Position numbers and translations under genes: made by a program. Source: a phage. From it: a DNA stretch of 24,260 nt. The DNA is taken from NCBI GenBank assembly GCA_018175035.1, contig GCA_018175035.1_4099.4; one strand, written 5' to 3'. How positions within the stretch are numbered: the stretch's first letter is position 1; each line of letters starts with the position of its first letter. The notes under the pieces were generated by a model. The model saw nothing but the letters and a program-made list of their open reading frames with translations, was not told where the DNA came from and made no database searches. Of this stretch, positions 18,765-24,260 are shown piece by piece.

Positions 18765-19138
18765 CTGCACCCACCATTAATTCTTATATTTGTATAGTTT
18801 AATGCTTTTTTAATAATACCAATTTCTGTAATTCCTATTACATTTTTCTCAATCAATGACAATTGGAATAGTTCCTCTTCGGAAATATCAATACTGTGGA
18901 TTCTTGTACAATAATCGTTGAAGTCATATACATATCGTATTGTATAGTCGTTTATAGAAACTGATACAATTGCAATCCCATCATGGATGTAAGTTAGTTC
19001 ATTTGAGTATCTATTAAAAATTAACCTATCTGGTGAACCTATTGGTAGTTGAAATGTATTTCTAGTATCTTGAACAATAACAAAATCATCATCTATATTT
19101 CTACTCAGAACACCCAAAATATCATATATAGTAGTCAT
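18761..19138 (-). CDS. hypothetical protein, FQxST-motif family
   Basis: Track ORF, ATG start; SEEELFQLSLIEKN. Confidence 0.7.
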   Translation of the reverse strand: MTTIYDILGVLSRNIDDDFVIVQDTRNTFQLPIGSPDRLIFNRYSNELTYIHDGIAIVSVSINDYTIRYVYDFNDYCTRIHSIDISEEELFQLSLIEKNVIGITEIGIIKKALNYTNIRINGGCR

Positions 19139-19139
19139 G

Positions 19140-19544
19140 TTATTCTTTACCTTCAGCAGTTCTGATAATTTTCATAACTTCTCTGGATAGTGCGTATATT
19201 TTTTTATAGTACTCAAATGTAACTGAACCAAAATCATTAATAGTACTAGCCATGAAGAACGATTCTTCTGTATATAGTTCATTTGACAAAGCAACCAGTT
19301 CTTGGTGAAATTTTGCGTCCTTCCAATAACGAAATTCAAAAACAAATTGTCCGTCATGACCGACTCTACAACATTCAGAACGATCACTGTCTACACAGCT
19401 AAACACAATATCCCTTTCAGAGTCGTACCAGATATTTCCAATATTTGTTTCAATAACAGCATAATCAATTTTTTTAGAATTTGGAATTAAACCTTTTTTC
19501 ACCAGCACTAAACTGGTATTATCAATATCTAGTAAACTTACCAT
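19140..19544 (-). CDS. hypothetical protein, FQxST-motif family
   Basis: Track ORF, ATG start, SD GGGGAA; TEESFFMASTINDF. Confidence 0.7.
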   Translation of the reverse strand: MVSLLDIDNTSLVLVKKGLIPNSKKIDYAVIETNIGNIWYDSERDIVFSCVDSDRSECCRVGHDGQFVFEFRYWKDAKFHQELVALSNELYTEESFFMASTINDFGSVTFEYYKKIYALSREVMKIIRTAEGKE

Positions 19545-19545
19545 A

Positions 19546-19956
19546 TCAATTCCCCATTACTAAAGTGTTTTTAATCTCCAACAATTCACTATACATATTC
19601 TTCAATTGTAATATATCTTCAAAAGTAATACCACCAAGATCATCAACTAATGAACGTTGGAATAAAGATTCACTTGTTTGTAATGTATCTAAATCGGTGA
19701 TTTTTAATAAAGAACTTGGATTAAGTGTTTCGACTAGTAGTATGTTTTTGTATGGTACATATGTGATCTTGATGTTCTTTTTATAATTAATCTTATAAAA
19801 TCGCATAATTGACGATTCATCACTTAGTTGGATAATTGGGTCGTCTTGATCATTAGACCACCATACAGTACTAGTCATATGATTGACGTGGTGGTTCAAT
19901 TCTGATATGTCCAAATCTAAAAAATATTTTAGTTCATTGTGTAAATCTAAACTCAT
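19546..19956 (-). CDS. hypothetical protein, FQxST-motif family
   Basis: Track ORF, ATG start, SD GAGGA plus 7 nt; SESLFQRSLVDDL. Confidence 0.7.
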   Translation of the reverse strand: MSLDLHNELKYFLDLDISELNHHVNHMTSTVWWSNDQDDPIIQLSDESSIMRFYKINYKKNIKITYVPYKNILLVETLNPSSLLKITDLDTLQTSESLFQRSLVDDLGGITFEDILQLKNMYSELLEIKNTLVMGN

Positions 19957-19986
19957 AAATTTATCCTCAATGCAGCATCATCATGT

Positions 19987-20015
19987 ATTGTAGGATAAAC
20001 CCACAATAATGTCAA
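19987..20015 (-). promoter_or_regulatory. sigma70-like promoter TTGACA-N17-TACAAT
   Basis: Minus strand: TTGACA TTATTGTGGGTTTATCC TACAAT; the TGA within TTGACA is the stop codon of gene 20012..20407; upstream of gene 19546..19956. Confidence 0.55.
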
Positions 20016-20407
20016 GATGTAAAATAATTATACCAGTAATATAGTTCTTTTAATTCTTCAGTACTGAACAATACTTCTTCTATTGTAGATTGTTGAAAGT
20101 GATATTCATCATTTAGATACATAGAAATATTACTATATACTTTCCTATTGTATTGACATAAAAAAGAAGTTTTTTGATTAATGTATTCCGTAAATGTTAA
20201 TTTATCTAACTCAATATCGAATGATAATTTAATAATATGACTATTATCATTTACATACATTAGTTTCTTTGAAAAATGATCAATTGTAATATATTCTTTA
20301 TGAGAGAACTGAAATATATTATTAAATTTATTACCATTTGTGCTTCTAAATTTTTCAAGGTAATAAGAAAGTGGTTTAATTATTGAAGTTCCAATATTGT
20401 TCTTCAT
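20012..20407 (-). CDS. hypothetical protein, FQxST-motif family
   Basis: Track ORF, ATG start, SD GAGGA; NDEYHFQQSTIEEV. Confidence 0.7.
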   Translation of the reverse strand: MKNNIGTSIIKPLSYYLEKFRSTNGNKFNNIFQFSHKEYITIDHFSKKLMYVNDNSHIIKLSFDIELDKLTFTEYINQKTSFLCQYNRKVYSNISMYLNDEYHFQQSTIEEVLFSTEELKELYYWYNYFTS

Positions 20408-20424
20408 ATATCCTCAATTTTAGA

Positions 20425-20451
20425 TAAGAAAAATGCCCCGATCTTCGGGGC
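20425..20451 (-). terminator. rho-independent terminator (GC-rich 6-bp stem GCCCCG/CGGGGC, U-rich tail)
   Basis: Minus strand: GCCCCGAAGAUCGGGGC then AUUUUUCU; between gene 20568..21119 and gene 20012..20407. Confidence 0.65.
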
Positions 20452-20567
20452 AGTACTAAAATGATTTTGTACCAAAAGGGGAATAAGAACAAAATGAAAA
20501 TATAATAACGCATCATTATTATGTAAGGGAGGAAAGTAACATGATATGTTAACCATTTCTGGTATAT

Positions 20568-21119
20568 TTATTTATCATTTAATTCTTTAAGTTGGGTTTG
20601 TATATCTTTAGTTATATTTCGAATTTTCTTAAAGCAATAAACACTATCGTCCAATTCGATTTTAAGTTCATGTGTAAATGCATACAGAAGTTCAGCAAAT
20701 ACTAAATCTTGACGCATCCAGTTTCCATCTTTATATAAAGTCATTACACAATATGGGCATTCACTATTAGAAGTTTGCTTTCCAATAAAAACACTTTGAA
20801 TTGATTCATGCTTAAAGCCAATAAAACTTTCATTTATTTTTTTAATTTCAGTACTGATATCGAATTTAGCACTGGTGTTGATTGCAAAAATTTTATTTCC
20901 ACTTTCATCAGTATTGATGTTGAGTTCAATATCACTACCTAGTTTACGTACTGCTAGAGTATAAAGAAGTAATTCATACATGTCGTAACTTGTTACATTA
21001 CCATTTGGTGCAATTACATCAACACTAACACCGTGCATTTTTACTTCTGTATTAAATCCATCTTTATCAGAAAGAAAATCAGTGATTTGCTTTGTAAGGA
21101 TTTTAATTTGGTCTATCAT
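20568..21119 (-). CDS. hypothetical protein
   Basis: Track ORF, ATG start, SD AAGGAAA. Confidence 0.7.
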   Translation of the reverse strand: MIDQIKILTKQITDFLSDKDGFNTEVKMHGVSVDVIAPNGNVTSYDMYELLLYTLAVRKLGSDIELNINTDESGNKIFAINTSAKFDISTEIKKINESFIGFKHESIQSVFIGKQTSNSECPYCVMTLYKDGNWMRQDLVFAELLYAFTHELKIELDDSVYCFKKIRNITKDIQTQLKELNDK

Positions 21120-21140
21120 ATTTCATTTCCTTATGTGATA

Positions 21141-21164
21141 AAAGCCTCCATGATGGAGGCTTTT
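21141..21164 (-). terminator. rho-independent terminator-like hairpin (AGCCUCCA-UGA-UGGAGGCU, flanked by A/U tracts)
   Basis: 8-10 bp perfect stem read directly; between gene 21173..21601 and the SD of gene 20568..21119. Confidence 0.55.
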
Positions 21165-21172
21165 ATATTTAC

Positions 21173-21601
21173 TTAGAGAGATTCTTCGTATTCAGCAACA
21201 ATCTCAACCATTTCATTAATGAACTTGATGTGAGAATGTGTCACTGTACGGAAGTCGTAAACAAGTGACTGTTGGAAAAATACATCTTCATCAAGAGAAC
21301 CATCAAAGTTCAAATCAATGTTTTCATCGTCATTGCTTGGTGCAACTTTAATATTCAGAAGATTTTCATCAACTGCAAGTTTTACAACACAACCCAGTGC
21401 AATGGCAAGAACATATGCTGGTTTCTTAGCTTTTTCATTACGGAATGGTGCACGTAGAGCACAAAAAGTACTGCTAATCTCATCATTTGGTTCTTTGTAT
21501 TTAACATTGACCATTAGTTCTTCGATTTTGACGCTCTCAATAACACGACCAGTTTCTGGAGCGAAGAAAGAATGTTCACGGATAGTTTGTTCGATATTCA
21601 T
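21173..21601 (-). CDS. hypothetical protein, FQxST-motif family
   Basis: Track ORF, ATG start, SD AAGGAA; DEDVFFQQSLVYDF. Confidence 0.7.
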   Translation of the reverse strand: MNIEQTIREHSFFAPETGRVIESVKIEELMVNVKYKEPNDEISSTFCALRAPFRNEKAKKPAYVLAIALGCVVKLAVDENLLNIKVAPSNDDENIDLNFDGSLDEDVFFQQSLVYDFRTVTHSHIKFINEMVEIVAEYEESL

Positions 21602-21604
21602 ATA

Positions 21605-21799
21605 TTATTCCTTATTTAGATTGCTAAAAATACGAAGATTGCGGTTTGCTTTAAACTGTTTCAAATCACCAAATCTATCATCAACGATGAAAGTTGCTGA
21701 TTTCTTTGACTGACATATTGTACAAATCAACATACCTTGTATTGTATACTCAGTTGAGCAATTTGTACAGTACTTTTTTTCATAAAGTTCAGTACTCAT
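21605..21799 (-). CDS. small Cys-rich (zinc-ribbon-like) protein
   Basis: Track ORF, ATG start; CxxC ... CxxC (YCTNCS ... ICTICQ). Confidence 0.6.
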   Translation of the reverse strand: MSTELYEKKYCTNCSTEYTIQGMLICTICQSKKSATFIVDDRFGDLKQFKANRNLRIFSNLNKE

Positions 21800-22131
21800 A
21801 AAACCTTCACATCAGTACGTTTTTCTCTTTGTTCTTTTTTAACCTCATCAGTTCTAGTATCTTCTAATTGTAACACAACTTCTTTTAGAATGTCAACATC
21901 AATTGTTGCTTCTACATATTGATAGTCGTTTACACCAAAAACATACTTTACTGCAACCCATACACGGTTATACCATTTTAAAAAAGGATTTAAACGCATA
22001 CTTATCAGACATTGACCAAGTTTATCATCTCCATATTCCTCTGTCAAGTCAAATTGTGCAATGTGAACGCAATGCTCCATTTTATCGCCACAAGAACAAC
22101 GTAAAATATACTCTTTACTATCTTCACTCAT
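21796..22131 (-). CDS. hypothetical protein
   Basis: Track ORF, ATG start, ATGA coupling on both sides. Confidence 0.65.
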   Translation of the reverse strand: MSEDSKEYILRCSCGDKMEHCVHIAQFDLTEEYGDDKLGQCLISMRLNPFLKWYNRVWVAVKYVFGVNDYQYVEATIDVDILKEVVLQLEDTRTDEVKKEQREKRTDVKVL

Positions 22132-22550
22132 ACTGGATAAGCCTTTAAAAATTGTTTAAGAACTCCAAACTTAGATGAATCGTAATCGTATTGATAGTTA
22201 AGCTCTCGCTTATCATTCATACGATACACCATATGAAAATTTGGATAACCAATTCTAACAGGTTTTTTAGGATTAGCAAGTAAAATTGCCCATTCTTTTA
22301 CAGGAAATACGTTTTCAGACAGCATTTTGATATTTGTTTCAAAATACTTCATGGCTTGCTTTCCGTGCTTGTAATCTTCTTCACTAATCTCTTGACAATC
22401 AATTCTATGTGTTTCGGTATCTAACACCCATTGTTGATCTTCGGTATATAAATCAATTACATCATCAATAGTATAACTATCAGGTAAATCATAAAATACC
22501 CAATGAGATAAACCAGAACTTACACTAATTCGAATTTTAAAGAACTTCAT
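22128..22550 (-). CDS. hypothetical protein
   Basis: Track ORF, ATG start. Confidence 0.7.
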   Translation of the reverse strand: MKFFKIRISVSSGLSHWVFYDLPDSYTIDDVIDLYTEDQQWVLDTETHRIDCQEISEEDYKHGKQAMKYFETNIKMLSENVFPVKEWAILLANPKKPVRIGYPNFHMVYRMNDKRELNYQYDYDSSKFGVLKQFLKAYPV

Positions 22551-22708
22551 TCTTTATCACCTTTTACATAATTATAACACACGACACAGTGAATTACAAG
22601 AAGAATTATTTCCACAATATTAAGAGACAATACATGACTCTGCGGTGTGAAAAGTGCCAATAACAACATTATAGCAGGTATTGTGAATATTTTCCAAGTT
22701 TTTTTCAT
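22547..22708 (-). CDS. small membrane protein (start moved to the internal ATG with SD)
   Basis: Track ORF 22547..22852 overlaps gene 22710..22940 by 143 nt in another frame; the internal ATG at 22708 (MKKTWKIFTIPAIMLLLALF...) is preceded by AAGGA plus 5 nt. Confidence 0.5.
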   Translation of the reverse strand: MKKTWKIFTIPAIMLLLALFTPQSHVLSLNIVEIILLVIHCVVCYNYVKGDKE

Positions 22709-22709
22709 T

Positions 22710-22940
22710 TTATTCCTTTGTATATGCATATGGTAAAAATAAAACCTCTGCATTAGGAATGCATTGTGCCAATCCTTCAACAATAGATTTGTTTTTATTA
22801 CATTGCCAAACTTTAGTAATTTTATGTCTAAATACTTTTTTATCAACGACAATCCAGTACATGTCCATTTTAACAGTACTGTTATCAGATGGTGTTAGTA
22901 AAGTATCGATGTCATATGTATCAAAGATTTTGTCGTTCAT
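22710..22940 (-). CDS. hypothetical protein
   Basis: Track ORF, ATG start, SD AGGAG plus 5 nt. Confidence 0.65.
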   Translation of the reverse strand: MNDKIFDTYDIDTLLTPSDNSTVKMDMYWIVVDKKVFRHKITKVWQCNKNKSIVEGLAQCIPNAEVLFLPYAYTKE

Positions 22941-23202
22941 ATAATCTCCTAATAAAATATTCTCGATTCTCTCTTATATACCCAGATACACAGTTAGTTG
23001 TGGCTTGGTTAGTGAATGAAATCTCACTATTGGACACGCCATTTGCATCACACAAAGGACATATTCCCATGTACTTGGGGGTCGGGTAGGTGTCCAATTT
23101 GTATTTTCCATTACATACCATGTACTGCTGTGGCAATACATCTAATATTATTTCATATTCTTCATCAAACACCTTGAAGCATACCCAACATTTACCCATC
23201 AT
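22921..23202 (-). CDS. small Cys-rich zinc-binding-like protein
   Basis: Track ORF, ATG start; CWVCF ... CPLCD. Confidence 0.6.
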   Translation of the reverse strand: MMGKCWVCFKVFDEEYEIILDVLPQQYMVCNGKYKLDTYPTPKYMGICPLCDANGVSNSEISFTNQATTNCVSGYIRENREYFIRRLYERQNL

Positions 23203-23683
23203 AGTTTTCCTTTAACACAGTTCTTATATATTCGAATGTTTTAACAAACCAATCATGTTCGTCGGATACATCTACAACTTTACCACCATATACATAGTAA
23301 TGGTAAAAAGGCAACTTGCTTTTTCTTAATCTTTCGGCTAACTCTGGATTTTGAATTATTTTAGCACAAATAGCATCTTGAATAATAGAAATACAATCAT
23401 CCGTCATTTCAATTCGATCATGCATATATTTGTTAGCGGCTGCTTTTGCTGCTGCACCAGATACTTTTCTAAGGTCATCATGTTTTTGCCCAGTTAAAAA
23501 CCAAAAGTAAAATGTTTCAACTGAAGGGAACCAACCATATGGTTCAAGTGTGAAGCTATGCGAAGAAAAGTTAGATAGATCTCTACCTAACTTCGTTCTG
23601 GCTTTACTATAAATGTTAATATGTCGGTATCCATCATCAGTAGGGTCAATGAAGTTAAATGACTCTTCTGGGAATTCAAACAT
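23192..23683 (-). CDS. NADAR (YbiA/DUF1768-like) domain protein, candidate ADP-ribosyl hydrolase
   Basis: Pattern I.IYS...LSNFS...F.L..YGWFPSVETFYFWFLTGQK...RKVSGAAAKAAANK resembles the NADAR/YbiA signature (FSNF ... W.[ST].E..[YF] ... R.VS....A) as I recall it; ATG start. Assignment is by motif recall, not by search. Confidence 0.5.
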   Translation of the reverse strand: MFEFPEESFNFIDPTDDGYRHINIYSKARTKLGRDLSNFSSHSFTLEPYGWFPSVETFYFWFLTGQKHDDLRKVSGAAAKAAANKYMHDRIEMTDDCISIIQDAICAKIIQNPELAERLRKSKLPFYHYYVYGGKVVDVSDEHDWFVKTFEYIRTVLKENYDG

Positions 23684-23685
23684 AA

Positions 23686-24039
23686 TTATTCTTCTTCTCC
23701 TGAAGGTGTTCCACGTAGTTTATCAAAATCAACCCAAATACCATGCTGGTTTTTAAATCGACATTTCTCATAGTACCAACTATAGTCTGTTTCAACACCT
23801 TGTGAAATAGAACGCACACTACAATCATACATATTATATAAATGTTCCCTGACAATATATGTATTAATCAGTACAACGAATAATACAATAATACCACAGA
23901 TTTTAGGATGGTCCATAATCAAGTCAAGTACTGAACTAGTTTCAGAACTATCAATCTTACTTCTACAAATAGCAACAATTTTAAGAACAGCGAATGATAC
24001 CAGTAATGAAATTACAATAACACTTAAATAAATTAGCAT
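23686..24039 (-). CDS. hypothetical membrane protein (two hydrophobic segments)
   Basis: Track ORF, ATG start, SD GGAG plus 8 nt. Confidence 0.65.
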   Translation of the reverse strand: MLIYLSVIVISLLVSFAVLKIVAICRSKIDSSETSSVLDLIMDHPKICGIIVLFVVLINTYIVREHLYNMYDCSVRSISQGVETDYSWYYEKCRFKNQHGIWVDFDKLRGTPSGEEE

Positions 24040-24042
24040 AAA

Positions 24043-24183
24043 TTACACTCCTACACCAAAACGTAAAATAATATTATTAACAAACACTAAATCAAAAGGT
24101 GACTTTGGTTCAGATACTGAGTACTGAAATGATTCTGCTGCGAAATTTTCTCTATTATACCATGTTTCAGAATTTATTAGCAT
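24043..24183 (-). CDS. small hypothetical protein (46 aa), not in the track
   Basis: Manual translation: MLINSETWYNRENFAAESFQYSVSEPKSPFDLVFVNNIILRFGVGV; GGTGA upstream of the ATG; stop 3 nt before the next ATG. Confidence 0.35.
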   Translation of the reverse strand: MLINSETWYNRENFAAESFQYSVSEPKSPFDLVFVNNIILRFGVGV

Positions 24184-24260
24184 TTTTTTATCACCAATCG
24201 TCACTGAATGTAATGGAACATTTGAAGAAGAATTTATTGAATATGCATTAAGATTACCGT

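Noticed and set aside
20452-20567. 50-codon minus-strand ORF reading through the terminator at 20425-20451
   Set aside because: Hydrophobic low-complexity product, no SD, and it spans a strong terminator hairpin; more likely 3' UTR.

Overview
AT-rich, gene-dense phage-like region (my reading: a hyperplastic tRNA/accessory region of a virulent tailed phage, T4-type in organisation; this is inference from the sequence, not a database result). Essentially all supportable genes are on the minus strand, tightly packed with many ATGA/TAATG start-stop overlaps; the plus-strand ORFs in the track look like shadow ORFs. I identify seven tRNA genes by hand-folding, one of which (anticodon CAT, Ile2-like) is split by a 230-nt group I intron with recognisable P/Q/R/S core elements. 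Two free-standing HNH endonuclease genes sit inside the tRNA cluster. A DNA cytosine-5 methyltransferase gene is interrupted, exactly at its catalytic PCQ cysteine, by a 343-aa intein carrying two LAGLIDADG motifs. At least 14 paralogous small proteins share a C-terminal [S/T]EEx[F/L]FQxS[T/L][I/V] motif, and a second small-gene family begins with MTHEEW and is duplicated at the DNA level. There are several sigma70-like promoters, some with a conserved palindromic TTCAGTACTGA spacer, several rho-independent terminators, and a NADAR/YbiA-like candidate anti-defence protein. The ORF track uses GTG/TTG as well as ATG starts, so I re-set several starts to the first ATG with a Shine-Dalgarno sequence. 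All coordinates come from manual counting and may be off by a base or two.
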